From Reyranella sp. (lineage in GTDB: Bacteria; Pseudomonadota; Alphaproteobacteria; Reyranellales; Reyranellaceae), in NCBI RefSeq assembly GCF_017305915.1, contig NZ_JAFKJN010000032.1, forward strand, positions 5,596 to 69,595: 64,000 nucleotides of DNA, read 5' to 3'. Of the stretch, positions 7,568 to 16,624 are shown one piece after another (position 1 is the stretch's first letter; each line of letters starts with the position of its first letter). A model generated the notes under the pieces. It had not been told where the DNA came from and did not search any database. It saw nothing but the letters and a program-made list of their open reading frames with translations. The translations under genes were made by a program, and so were the position numbers.

Positions 7568-9655
7568 ATGCCGTCCCCTCTCGACATCGTCCTGCACACG
7601 CTGCTCTGGGTGTGGCCATTGCTGGCGCTCGTGCTGTGGCTCGGCTGGTCGGCCCGCAAGCCGCGGGTGGCGCATCTGCTGCAGCTCGCCGCCCTGCCGC
7701 TGGTTGGCCTGGGCGTCACCATCGCAGGCGTCGTGCAGTCGGCGCTGCCGGCCTTCACCCTGGCCGGTTGGCTGACCGGGTTGCTGCTCGCCCTGCCGAT
7801 CGGCCACGCGATCGGCCGGCGGCGCGAGGTGCGCTGGCAGGACGGCCGCGTCTGGATCGCCGGCGGTTGGTTCTTGCTGGGCTTCGCGCTGTCGATCTTC
7901 GCGGTGCGCTACGCGCTGGGCGTCACCTTCGGCGTCTGGCCGCAGCTTGCGCGCCAGCCGGCCTGGATCGCCGGCGCGGGCCTGGCGGGCGGCGCGATCG
8001 CCGGCATCGGGCTGGGCTGGCTGAGCGGCCTGCTGCTGCGCCGTCGATGGGTCGGCCGTTCGCTGCTCGCCGGGGCGGCGATGCCGGCGCTGGCGCTCAC
8101 GGCCTTCGCCGCGATGATCGCCTTCGATGCGCCGGTGCGGGTGCCGCCGCTCGCCGCAGGCGATTCCATGCCCGGCATCGAGAGCTGGGACTTCTCGCAA
8201 GTGCCGCCGGTGCAGCGCGTCGTCGCGCGCGACGGCGCGCCGCTCACCTATCGCCTCTATCCCGGCCGCGCCGATCGCGCCGTCGTGCTGGTGCACGGCT
8301 CGTCGGGCGCCAGTATTTCCATGCACAAGTCGGCGCAGGCGCTGCAGGCGGCGGGCGCCACCGTCTATGCCATCAGCCTGCGCGGCCATGGCGGCAGCGG
8401 CGCGGCCAACGGCGACGTCTCCTACCAGCGCCAGCTCGACGACGATCTCGCCGACTTCGTGAGGGCGGTGGGACTCGACGGCCGGAAGATGCATCGCACG
8501 CTCGCAGGCTTCTCCCTGGGCGGCGGCTTCGCGCTGCGCACGGCGAGCGGCCCGCATCGCGCCGACTTCGACGCCTATCTCGCGATCTCGCCCTACATCG
8601 CCCAGGACTCGCCGACCTCGCGGCAAAGCGGCGGCGGCTGGGCGAGCGTGGCGGTGCCCCGGACGATCGGCCTGTCGCTGCTCGACGCCTTCGGCCTGCC
8701 GTGGTTGCAGGGCCTGCCGGTCATCCGCTTCGCGACCGACGCGGCGCCGAGCGACAGCCGCACGCCGGTCTACTCGTTCCGCCTCGCCGCCGGCCTGCAG
8801 CTCCATCGCACCTGGCGCGCTGAGATCGCCGGCATCGCTCGGCCGACCGCGGTGGTCGTCGGCGCGCGCGACGAGCTGTTCAACGTCGATCGCTTCGCGC
8901 CCCTGTTCGCCGAGCTCAACCCGAAGATCGCCGTGACGGTGCAGCCGGACCTCCGCCACCTCGACATGATCGCCGATCCGCGCGGCACCGAAGCGGTGGC
9001 CCGGGCGTGGCGGCGGCTGGCCGATGCCGCGCCGGTGCCGCGCGCCGAGCGCTTCGACATGAAGGTCCGCGAGGACATGTTCGCCGGCTTCGACGGCGAC
9101 GAGACATCGTTCAAGCGCGCGCTGGCCGTGATCGACCGCACGCTGGGCGCCGATCCGGATCATGCCGAGGCGCTCGTCTGGCGCGGGGCTGGCCGCCTCT
9201 TCCTGGCCGGCCAGGCGTTCGGGCGAGGCGCGTTCGCCGAGGGCCTGCGGCTGCAGACCGAAGGACTGGGCGATCTCGAGCGCGGTGTGGCGCTGGCGTC
9301 CGATTCGCCCGGCACGCGCGCCGCGCGCGGACCGGTGCTGATGATCTATGCCGCCGCGTTGCACCCTTACGATCGCGTATTGGCCGATCGCCTGACGAAG
9401 ACCGCGATCGAAGACTTCGATTTCATGGTCGCCCGGGAGCAGACGCGTTGGTCGGCGCTCGACACGCACGATCGGGGCGAGCTGCTGGGCGGGCTGGCGA
9501 CGGGCTGGCTGCAGCTCGGCGATAGCGCAAGGGCGGTGCCGTACCTCGACCGCATGATCGCGGAGCTGCCGAACACACCGTACGCCAAGGCCGCTGCGCA
9601 GCGGCGCGCCGATCCGTCGTCAAAGGCAGCGCTGACCTGCCTCGACTGCCACTAG
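7568..9655 (+). CDS. fusion protein: ~6-TM N-terminal domain + alpha/beta hydrolase + helical (TPR-like) C-terminal domain ending CLDCH
   Basis: Six hydrophobic segments in aa 1-190. Hydrolase motifs VLVHGSSG, nucleophile elbow GFSLGGG, GARDELF and DLRHLD. ~220-aa helical tail. ATG 7568 has GAGG 6 nt upstream (alternative ATG 7538). Confidence 0.8.
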   Translation: MPSPLDIVLHTLLWVWPLLALVLWLGWSARKPRVAHLLQLAALPLVGLGVTIAGVVQSALPAFTLAGWLTGLLLALPIGHAIGRRREVRWQDGRVWIAGGWFLLGFALSIFAVRYALGVTFGVWPQLARQPAWIAGAGLAGGAIAGIGLGWLSGLLLRRRWVGRSLLAGAAMPALALTAFAAMIAFDAPVRVPPLAAGDSMPGIESWDFSQVPPVQRVVARDGAPLTYRLYPGRADRAVVLVHGSSGASISMHKSAQALQAAGATVYAISLRGHGGSGAANGDVSYQRQLDDDLADFVRAVGLDGRKMHRTLAGFSLGGGFALRTASGPHRADFDAYLAISPYIAQDSPTSRQSGGGWASVAVPRTIGLSLLDAFGLPWLQGLPVIRFATDAAPSDSRTPVYSFRLAAGLQLHRTWRAEIAGIARPTAVVVGARDELFNVDRFAPLFAELNPKIAVTVQPDLRHLDMIADPRGTEAVARAWRRLADAAPVPRAERFDMKVREDMFAGFDGDETSFKRALAVIDRTLGADPDHAEALVWRGAGRLFLAGQAFGRGAFAEGLRLQTEGLGDLERGVALASDSPGTRAARGPVLMIYAAALHPYDRVLADRLTKTAIEDFDFMVAREQTRWSALDTHDRGELLGGLATGWLQLGDSARAVPYLDRMIAELPNTPYAKAAAQRRADPSSKAALTCLDCH

Positions 9656-9677
9656 ACTAGAGGATGAAGAATTTGCA

Positions 9678-9718
9678 GTCCGGTGTCCGGCGCGTCCGGA
9701 GCGTCCGCGCGTGTCCGG
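9678..9718. repeat. short direct repeats of GTCCGG (five copies in 41 bp)
   Basis: gtccgg at 9678, 9685, 9694 and 9713, and gtccgc at 9703. A further gtgtccggg lies near 9781. Confidence 0.6.
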
Positions 9719-9803
9719 CCGAGGGGGGTGGGCCGGATTCCCGGACTCTCGACGAAAACCCTTATGGAATCGGCATCGGAGGTGTCCGGGGGTCGGCTGG
9801 ATT

Positions 9804-10181
9804 CTAGCCGATGTCGCGTTTCTGCGCGGCGACCGAGCCCGCGCAGGCGTCGGGCGGCAGCGGCCGCATCTGCGGGTCGAGGGCGTCGGCGAACTGGGCG
9901 CGGTCGTTGGTCAGGTAGACGAACAGGGTGCAGGCGTCGGAGGCGTAGCGCAGCGTGCGGGTCGCGGCGTCGCGGCGGTCGAGCCTGGGCTTGCCGAAGG
10001 TGGCAGTGAGCTGGCGCTCGTCCATGCCCTTGATCTGGGTGAGCGGGATCGGCTTGCCGGCATTGGCCGAGCGGAACACGCCGGTCTCGCTGGTGCCCAA
10101 CGCATAGCGCGGCGCCGGCTCGTTGGTGCAGCCGGCGAGCAGGAGGGCGGCCAGGAACAGTGGCCGGGCGGACGGTCTCAT
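9804..10181 (-). CDS. hypothetical small lipoprotein
   Basis: MRPSARPLFLAALLLAGC lipobox signal peptide. 125 aa with coding-like composition. No recognised domain. Confidence 0.65.
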   Translation of the reverse strand: MRPSARPLFLAALLLAGCTNEPAPRYALGTSETGVFRSANAGKPIPLTQIKGMDERQLTATFGKPRLDRRDAATRTLRYASDACTLFVYLTNDRAQFADALDPQMRPLPPDACAGSVAAQKRDIG

Positions 10182-10190
10182 GGACCGACC

Positions 10191-10904
10191 TTAGCGGCCG
10201 GCGGTTGGGGAACGGAAGGGCAAGCCCGGGGCGCCGGGCGGGTTGAGCGTTTGTGCCACATGCACCATGGCGGCGGTGCCCAGCACCGGCACGATCAGGT
10301 TGAGCACCGGGATGGTGCCCAGGAACACCGCGACGATGCCGGTCAGCCAGAGCGGCCAGGTATTGGCCTTGCGCCAGGCCTTGACCTCGGCCGGGCTCAG
10401 GCGGCGCAGCGCCACCTGCTCGTAGTACATGCGGGCCGCCAGCCAGCCGTTGATGGCGTAGAACAGCACCGCGCCCAGGCCGGCCACCCAGATGGCGACG
10501 ATGTAGAAGGGCAGCATCACCAGGTTCAGCACGATCACCGCGACCAGGAACACCAGGCCGGTCCAGATGCCGGTCCAGACCGGGATGCCGCGCGCCGGCC
10601 CGAGCTCGGGATAGTAGCGGTCCTCGACGATGTCGGCGATGCGCTCCATGAAGATCGACACCACGATGCCGAAGCTCGCCGGGAACAGCATCAGCGCCAG
10701 CACCACGACGGCGGCGCCGCCCAGCCAGCGGATCAGGCTGTTGATCCAGCCGATCTCGTAATGCGCCCAGCTCTGCAGGCCCCACCAGGCGAAGAGGCCG
10801 ATCGCGACCTGCAGCACCAGCGACAGCGCCAGCGACTGCCAGAGCACCGCGCGCAGCCGGGGATCGCCGAGCTGGCCGACCGCAAGCTCCCAGGCGCGGA
10901 TCAC
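10191..10904 (-). CDS. EI24/CysZ-like integral membrane protein
   Basis: About 4-5 TM helices. N-terminal pattern (AWELAVGQLGDPRLRAVLWQSLALSL) and size are typical of alphaproteobacterial EI24-domain proteins. GTG start. Confidence 0.7.
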   Translation of the reverse strand: MIRAWELAVGQLGDPRLRAVLWQSLALSLVLQVAIGLFAWWGLQSWAHYEIGWINSLIRWLGGAAVVVLALMLFPASFGIVVSIFMERIADIVEDRYYPELGPARGIPVWTGIWTGLVFLVAVIVLNLVMLPFYIVAIWVAGLGAVLFYAINGWLAARMYYEQVALRRLSPAEVKAWRKANTWPLWLTGIVAVFLGTIPVLNLIVPVLGTAAMVHVAQTLNPPGAPGLPFRSPTAGR

Positions 10905-10910
10905 GGCCGC

Positions 10911-12074
10911 TTACTGCGCGCCGATCACGCCGGAGGCCTTCAGCTCGCCCACTTCCTTGGAGGAGAAGCCACGCTCCAGCAGCACCTCGTCGGTGTGCTG
11001 GCCGCGCTTGGCGGCGGGGCCCTTGACGCCTTCCTTGGTGCGCGAGAAGCGCGGCGCGGCGGCGGGCTGCGGGAAGCCCTGGATGTCGACATAGGCGTTG
11101 CGCGCCTTGGCGTGCGGATGCTGCGACGCCTCCTTCATGGTCAGCACGGGCGCGAAGCAGATGTCGGTGCCCTCCATGATCGCGCACCATTCGTCGCGCG
11201 TCCTGGTCTTGAAGATGCCGTCGAGCCGGCTCTTGAACTGCGCCCAGGCGTTGCGGTCGTTCTGGGCCGGCAGGTCCTGGCCCTTGAGCCCGGTCTTCTC
11301 CATCAAGAGGTCGTAGAACTGCGGCTCGATCGAGCCGATCGAGACGTACTTGCCGTCCTTGGTCTCGTAGGTGCCGTAGAAGTGCGCGCCGCCGTCGAGC
11401 AGGTTCACGCCGCGCTCGCCGTCCTTCCAGATGCCGGCGCCGGCCAGCCCGTAGATGCCGCCCAGCAGCAGCGCCGCGCCGTCGACCATCGCCGCGTCGA
11501 CCACCTGGCCCTTGCCCGAGCGTTGCGCCTCCAGCAGGCCGCACACCATGCCGAACGCGAGCAGCATGCCGCCGCCGCCGAAGTCGCCGACCAGATTGAG
11601 CGGCGGCGTCGGCTTGTCCTTGCCGCCGATCGCATGCAGCGCGCCGGTCAGCGCGATGTAGTTGATGTCGTGGCCGGCCGCCTTGGCGAGCGGGCCTTCC
11701 TGGCCCCAGCCGGTCATGCGGCCATAGACCAGCTTCGGGTTGCGCGCCAGGCAGAGATCGGGGCCGAGCCCGAGACGCTCGGCGACGCCGGGGCGGAACG
11801 GTTCGGTCACGCCGTCGGCCTTGTCGATCAGGCGCATCACGACCTCGACGCCTTCCTTCTTCTGCAGGTCGACCGACACCGAGCGGCGGCTGCGATTGTG
11901 CACGGCGAACTTCGGGTCGGCGAGGCGATCCATGACGTGTGCCTTGGTGCGATCGATGCGGATCACGTCGGCTCCCATGTCGCCCAGCATCATCGAGCAC
12001 ATCGGGCCGGGCCCGATGCCCGCCAGTTCGACGATCGTCAGACCCGAAAGCGGACCGCCCGTGTTGCCAGCCAT
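10911..12074 (-). CDS. CaiB/BaiF family III CoA-transferase (alpha-methylacyl-CoA racemase-like)
   Basis: GPLSGLTIVELAGIGPGPMCSMMLGDMGADVIRIDR N-terminus, GRMTGWGQEGP and LVGDFGGGG motifs. ATG 12074 is preceded by GGAGGAAAAG. Confidence 0.9.
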   Translation of the reverse strand: MAGNTGGPLSGLTIVELAGIGPGPMCSMMLGDMGADVIRIDRTKAHVMDRLADPKFAVHNRSRRSVSVDLQKKEGVEVVMRLIDKADGVTEPFRPGVAERLGLGPDLCLARNPKLVYGRMTGWGQEGPLAKAAGHDINYIALTGALHAIGGKDKPTPPLNLVGDFGGGGMLLAFGMVCGLLEAQRSGKGQVVDAAMVDGAALLLGGIYGLAGAGIWKDGERGVNLLDGGAHFYGTYETKDGKYVSIGSIEPQFYDLLMEKTGLKGQDLPAQNDRNAWAQFKSRLDGIFKTRTRDEWCAIMEGTDICFAPVLTMKEASQHPHAKARNAYVDIQGFPQPAAAPRFSRTKEGVKGPAAKRGQHTDEVLLERGFSSKEVGELKASGVIGAQ

Positions 12075-12105
12075 GACTTTTCCTCCTGCGGAATTCGTGT
12101 TCGTT

Positions 12106-12969
12106 CTAGTGTAGCCCAATGTTCGCGGCCAAGAAGCCCTGCACCCGCTGGATCGCATCGGCATGCGAAGCGGGGTCTTCGCCGGTGATCGGCACGACGC
12201 CGTCGCGCGTGGTGTAGTGGGTCAGCTCGCGGCGCTTGAGGTTCGGCCAGTCGAAGTCGTGCCAGGCATCGGGATAGGCGTGATACGCGATGGCGGCGCC
12301 CCGCGCCGCTGCGCGATCGACCAGTTCGTGGCGCGGGCCCGCCGGGGTCCAGACGTCCTTGGCGCCGATCAGCACCATCAGCGGGATCGCGGGCGTCCAG
12401 TCGGTGCCCATGCGCTTCTCGCTGCACGAGCCGGGATAGAAGGCGATCGCGGCCTGGAAGTCGGGGCCGGTAAAGGCGGCCGGCCGGCCATGACGCTTGC
12501 CTAAAGCGAACAGCACCGCGCCGCCGCCGTTCGACCAGCCGATGACGGCGACCTTGTCCTTCGCGACGAACGGCTGCCGCTGCAGCCAGGCGAGGGCTGC
12601 ATAGGCGTCGCCGGGCCGGCGCAGATAGAGCCATTCCTTGAAGCCCGTGCGCGAGCACATCTCGCCCGCGCCGCGCGGCGTGAAGCTGTCGACCATCAGC
12701 ACGGCGGCGCCGCGCGCGTTGAGCTTGCCGGCCCATTCCATCTCGCGCGAGACGATGCGATGGCTGGTGGCCGAAATGAGCCCACCGCAGCCATGCAGGA
12801 AGACCACCGCCGGCATCGGGCCGCCGCCACTGGGTTTGAACAGGTAGCCGGTAAGCTCGGTCGCCGGCCGGCCGTCGCCGGCATCGAACGCCGGGAAGCG
12901 TACGGTGTCCTGCGCGGCGGCGTTGCCCATGACGGCCAGTTGCACGAGCAAGGCGAGCATCCAGCGCAT
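12106..12969 (-). CDS. secreted dienelactone hydrolase family protein
   Basis: Signal peptide MRWMLALLVQLAVMGNAAAQ. PAVVFLHGCGG, nucleophile GWSNGGG and AWHDFD motifs. Confidence 0.85.
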   Translation of the reverse strand: MRWMLALLVQLAVMGNAAAQDTVRFPAFDAGDGRPATELTGYLFKPSGGGPMPAVVFLHGCGGLISATSHRIVSREMEWAGKLNARGAAVLMVDSFTPRGAGEMCSRTGFKEWLYLRRPGDAYAALAWLQRQPFVAKDKVAVIGWSNGGGAVLFALGKRHGRPAAFTGPDFQAAIAFYPGSCSEKRMGTDWTPAIPLMVLIGAKDVWTPAGPRHELVDRAAARGAAIAYHAYPDAWHDFDWPNLKRRELTHYTTRDGVVPITGEDPASHADAIQRVQGFLAANIGLH

Positions 12970-13045
12970 GGCTGGGATGGTAGCCGATTGGCGCGACGCG
13001 GTCTAAAGTCCGCGCGCGGCCGGGAGAGTGGCGCGGAGGAAACGG

Positions 13046-14740
13046 ATGCGATTGGCGCGGATCTTGACGGCGGCGACGCTGGCGCTTGCGCTTACGGCAG
13101 GCGCATCGGCGCAGCAGGCCCCACCCGCGGCGGATGCCGCCCCGTCGCCGCCCAAGGAATACAACCAGCGGATCCTGGTTCCGGGCTCGTGGTTCCATGG
13201 CGTGCACGGCCTCGCCTTCAACAAGGACGACCAGCTGTTCGCGGGCTCGGTGATCGGCCAGGCGATCTACAAGGTGCAGGTCGATTCCGGCGAGGTCGAC
13301 CGCTTCGTCGATCCGCCGACCGGCATGGCCGACGACATCGCCTTCGCCGACGACGGCACCATGGCGTGGACCGCCTTCCTGATGGGCAAAGTCTACGTCC
13401 GCCGCGGCAACAAGACGGTCGAGATCACCGGCTTCTCGGGCCCCAACTCGCTCGCCTTCGCCAAGGATGGCCGGCTGTTCGTGTCGGAGGTCTTCCTCGG
13501 CGACGCGCTGTACGAGATCGATCTCAAGAACTTCGACAAGCCGGAGTACAAGGGCGCGCAGAAGAGCGACCTGCGCAAGGTCGCCGAGAAGCTGGGCGGC
13601 CTGAACGGCTTCGAGATCAGCCGCGCCGACGGCTTCCTCTACGGGCCGCTGTGGTTCAAGGGCCAGGCGGTGAAGATCAATACGGACAATGGCGCGGTCG
13701 AGGTGATCGCCGACGGCTTCAGGATCCCGGCCGCGGCCAACTTCGACGCGAAGAATCCCGACAATCTCTACGTCATCGACACCGGCACCGGCTCGGTGTG
13801 GAGCGTCAGCCTGACCAGCAAGGCCAAGAAGCTGGTGGCCTCGCTGAAGCCCGGCCTCGACAATCTCGCCTTCGATTCGCGCGGCCGGCTGTTCGTGAGC
13901 TCGATGACCGACAACGGCATCTACCAGGTCGACACCTTCACCGGCGCCGCCAAGACCGTGGTCGAAGGCAAGCTCGCGATCCCGGCCGACATCGCGGTGG
14001 TCTCGGAGCACGGCAAGGACACGGTGCACGTGGCCGACGTCTTCAGCTATCGCACGGTCGACGGCAACAGCGGCGCGGTCGCCGACGTGCTGCGCGTGCA
14101 CGGCGACACCCACGCCTATCCGCTCGGCATCTCGGTCGGGCCCAGCCACATCCTGCTGTCGAGCTGGTTCTCGATGACGGTCGAGAAGGTCGACCGCAAG
14201 ACCGGCAAGCTGGTCGCCACCCTGGGCGATTTTGCGGCGCCGATGGATGCCGTCGAGATGGCCGACGGCACGCTCTATGTCGCCGAGCTCGGCACCGGCA
14301 ACCTGGTCAAGGTGAGCGCCGATGGCAAGGAGCGCACGATCGTCGCCAAGGAGCTGCGGGCGCCGGCGGCGCTGGCCAAGGGCAAGGACAACGTCGTCTA
14401 CGTCACCGAGCATGCCGCGGGCGCGGTCACCCAGATCGACGTGGCGTCGGGCGCGCGCAAGGTCGTGGCCGACGGCCTCGCCGGCCCCGAGGGCATCGAT
14501 GTCGGGCCCGACGGCAAGCTCTTTGTCGCCGAAGTCGGCCAGAAGCGCGTGGTGACGATCGACCCGGCGACCGGCACCAAGACGGTGATCGCCTCCAACC
14601 TCGACATCGGCCTCGAGACCTATCCCGGCGGGCCGCCGGCGCTGATCGTGACCGGCGTCGCGGTCGGCACGGGCGGCACGGTCTATGTCAGCTCCGACCG
14701 CCGCAACGCGATGTACAAGCTCACGCCGCCCGCCCGTTGA
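13046..14740 (+). CDS. secreted multi-bladed beta-propeller protein (NHL / SGL-lactonase-like repeats)
   Basis: Signal peptide MRLARILTAATLALALTAGASAQQ. Seven or more repeats of the LYVxDxGxGxV type (NLYVIDTGTGSVWSV, TLYVAELGTGNLVKV, KLFVAEVGQKRVVTID ...). GGAGGAAACGG lies before ATG 13046. Confidence 0.8.
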   Translation: MRLARILTAATLALALTAGASAQQAPPAADAAPSPPKEYNQRILVPGSWFHGVHGLAFNKDDQLFAGSVIGQAIYKVQVDSGEVDRFVDPPTGMADDIAFADDGTMAWTAFLMGKVYVRRGNKTVEITGFSGPNSLAFAKDGRLFVSEVFLGDALYEIDLKNFDKPEYKGAQKSDLRKVAEKLGGLNGFEISRADGFLYGPLWFKGQAVKINTDNGAVEVIADGFRIPAAANFDAKNPDNLYVIDTGTGSVWSVSLTSKAKKLVASLKPGLDNLAFDSRGRLFVSSMTDNGIYQVDTFTGAAKTVVEGKLAIPADIAVVSEHGKDTVHVADVFSYRTVDGNSGAVADVLRVHGDTHAYPLGISVGPSHILLSSWFSMTVEKVDRKTGKLVATLGDFAAPMDAVEMADGTLYVAELGTGNLVKVSADGKERTIVAKELRAPAALAKGKDNVVYVTEHAAGAVTQIDVASGARKVVADGLAGPEGIDVGPDGKLFVAEVGQKRVVTIDPATGTKTVIASNLDIGLETYPGGPPALIVTGVAVGTGGTVYVSSDRRNAMYKLTPPAR

Positions 14741-14752
14741 GGATCTCGGTTC

Positions 14753-15643
14753 ATGCCTGGCATTCCGTTCATCAAGGAGTTCAAGTTCGACTACGGCACG
14801 GCGATGGAGGTGACGCCTCTGATCCGCCGCGTCGTGGCGAAGAACCCCAACCCCTTCACCTTCAAGGGCACCGGCACCTACGTCATCGGCCACGGCAAGG
14901 TGGCGATCGTCGATCCCGGACCCGACCAGCAGGAGCACATAGACGCCGTGCTCAACGCGGTGCGCGGCGAGACGGTGACGCATCTCTTCGTGACCCACAC
15001 CCATGTCGACCACGTTCCCGCGACGCCGGCGATGGCCAGGGCGACCGGCGCCAAGGTCTACAGCTACGGCCCGCACCCGACGCCGGCCGGCGTGGCGACC
15101 GAGCAGGAGGGCGATTTCTCCTTCGCGCCGGACATCAAGCTCAACGATGGTGACGTCGTGGCCGGCGATGGCTGGAACGTCGAGGCGGTCTATACGCCCG
15201 GTCACATCTCCAACCATCTCTGCTTCGCGGTGAAGGAGGACAACGCGTTGCTGTCGGGCGACCACGTCATGGGCTGGTCGACGGCGGTGATCTCGCCGCC
15301 CGACGGCAACATGGCCGACTATTTCGCGAGCTTGCGCAAGCTCCTGCCGCGCCCCGAGCAGCTCTTCATCCCGACTCACGGGGCGGAGATCCGCAACCCG
15401 CATCCCTTCGTCGAGGCCTATATCGAGCATCGCCTGGGCCGCGAGGCGCAGATCATGGCGCGTCTGAAGGAAGGGCCGCAGACCGTCCCGCAGATGGTCG
15501 CCAAGAACTACGCCGACACGCCGCAGCACCTGCACGCCGCCGCCGGCCGCTCGATGCTGGCGCACCTGATCCAGATGGCGAAGGACGGCCGCGTGAAGAC
15601 CGATGACGGACAGGCGAGGATCGACAGCACTTATCGGCTGTAG
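14753..15643 (+). CDS. MBL-fold metallo-hydrolase with C-terminal winged-helix domain
   Basis: THTHVDH metal motif, TPGHISNH and GDHVMGW. No signal peptide. Confidence 0.85.
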   Translation: MPGIPFIKEFKFDYGTAMEVTPLIRRVVAKNPNPFTFKGTGTYVIGHGKVAIVDPGPDQQEHIDAVLNAVRGETVTHLFVTHTHVDHVPATPAMARATGAKVYSYGPHPTPAGVATEQEGDFSFAPDIKLNDGDVVAGDGWNVEAVYTPGHISNHLCFAVKEDNALLSGDHVMGWSTAVISPPDGNMADYFASLRKLLPRPEQLFIPTHGAEIRNPHPFVEAYIEHRLGREAQIMARLKEGPQTVPQMVAKNYADTPQHLHAAAGRSMLAHLIQMAKDGRVKTDDGQARIDSTYRL

Positions 15644-15652
15644 AGAAGCACC

Positions 15653-15830
15653 TTCCTCCCCTTGGCGGAATCCGCCAAGGGGAGGTGTCGCCGTCTGCGC
15701 CTTTTCGAACGAAGTTCGAAAAGGCGGAGGCGACGGAGGGGTCATGAGCCGCGCAACTGTGGCTCATGACCCCTCCGCCCGCGAAGACGCGGGCACCTCC
15801 CCTTCGCGGGCTCCGCGAAGGGGAGGAGGA
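15653..15830. repeat. composite palindromic intergenic repeat, five hairpins (family A, copy 2)
   Basis: Same hairpin order as 889-1060: cctccccttggcgg/ccgccaaggggagg, gtcgc..cgccttttcgaac/gttcgaaaaggcg..gcgac, gaggggtcatgagcc/ggctcatgacccctc, gcccgcg/cgcgggc, cctccccttcgcgg/ccgcgaaggggagg. Confidence 0.88.
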
Positions 15831-15850
15831 ACGTTAGGGGAGATGCGACC

Positions 15851-16624
15851 ATGGACCTGAAACTTTCCGGCAAGACCGTTCTCATCACCGGCGGCAGCCG
15901 CGGCATCGGCTATGCCTGCGCCGAGGCCTTCGCCGCCGAAGGCTGCGCCGTGCACCTCGCCTCGCGCTCCAGGGAATCGCTGGAAGGCGCGCGCGACAAG
16001 ATCCGCAGCCGCCACAACGTGCCGGTCGAGATCCATGTCGCCGACTTCTCCAAGGGCGACATGGTGCGCAGCGTGGTCGAGGCGGCCGGTCATGCCGACA
16101 TCCTGGTCAACAATGCCGGCGCCATCCCGCGCGGCGACGTCTTCGCCATGACCGAGCCCAAGTGGCGCGAGGCGTGGGAGCTCAAGATGTTCGGTTACGT
16201 CAACGCCACGCGCGCCATGCTGGAGAAGATGTACGCGCGCAAGAAGGGCGTCGTGGTCAACATCATCGGGCTGGCGGGCGAGAGCTTCAATTACGACTAC
16301 GTCGCCGGCACGACCGCCAATGCCGGCCTGATGGCCTTCACCCGCGCCGTCGGCTCCAAGAGCGTCGATCACGGCGTGCGCGTGGTGGCGATCAATCCGC
16401 CCGGCACGCGCACCGACCGCATGACCACCCTGCTGCGCGGCCAGGCCCAGCAGCAATGGGGCGATCCCGAGCGCTGGCCCGAGCTCACCAAGCACATGCC
16501 GTTCGGCCGCCCGGCCGAGCCGAACGAAGTCGCCGATCTCGCGGTGTTCCTGGCGTCGGACCGCGCGAGCTACATCAGCGGCGTGGTCATGACCCTCGAC
16601 GCCGGCCAGGCCGCCCGGCATTGA
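15851..16624 (+). CDS. SDR family oxidoreductase
   Basis: TGGSRGIG cofactor motif, NNAG and a downstream catalytic region. 257 aa classical SDR length. Confidence 0.9.
   Translation: MDLKLSGKTVLITGGSRGIGYACAEAFAAEGCAVHLASRSRESLEGARDKIRSRHNVPVEIHVADFSKGDMVRSVVEAAGHADILVNNAGAIPRGDVFAMTEPKWREAWELKMFGYVNATRAMLEKMYARKKGVVVNIIGLAGESFNYDYVAGTTANAGLMAFTRAVGSKSVDHGVRVVAINPPGTRTDRMTTLLRGQAQQQWGDPERWPELTKHMPFGRPAEPNEVADLAVFLASDRASYISGVVMTLDAGQAARH

Noticed and set aside
7144-7758. 204-aa minus-strand ORF upstream of the LytTR gene as an independent gene.
   Set aside because: Only its segment from ATG 7455 to about 7340 looks protein-like (a membrane helix). The upstream part overlaps the start of the plus-strand hydrolase-fusion gene, and the downstream part is out of frame with the LytTR ORF. 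It is better explained as the detached N-terminus of the LytTR protein.
9652-12188. 782-aa (minus) and 825-aa (plus) ORFs spanning the lipoprotein, EI24 and CoA-transferase region.
   Set aside because: They are alternative or antisense frames of three genes with convincing signal peptides, TM patterns or motifs. Their composition is typical of spurious GC-rich ORFs.
12038-15745. Longest ORF in the window (1235 aa, minus strand).
   Set aside because: It runs antisense to four well-supported genes (dienelactone hydrolase region, beta-propeller, MBL hydrolase). Its product is an Arg/Gly/Ala/Asp-rich low-complexity string with no motifs. This is the usual open antisense frame of GC-rich coding DNA.
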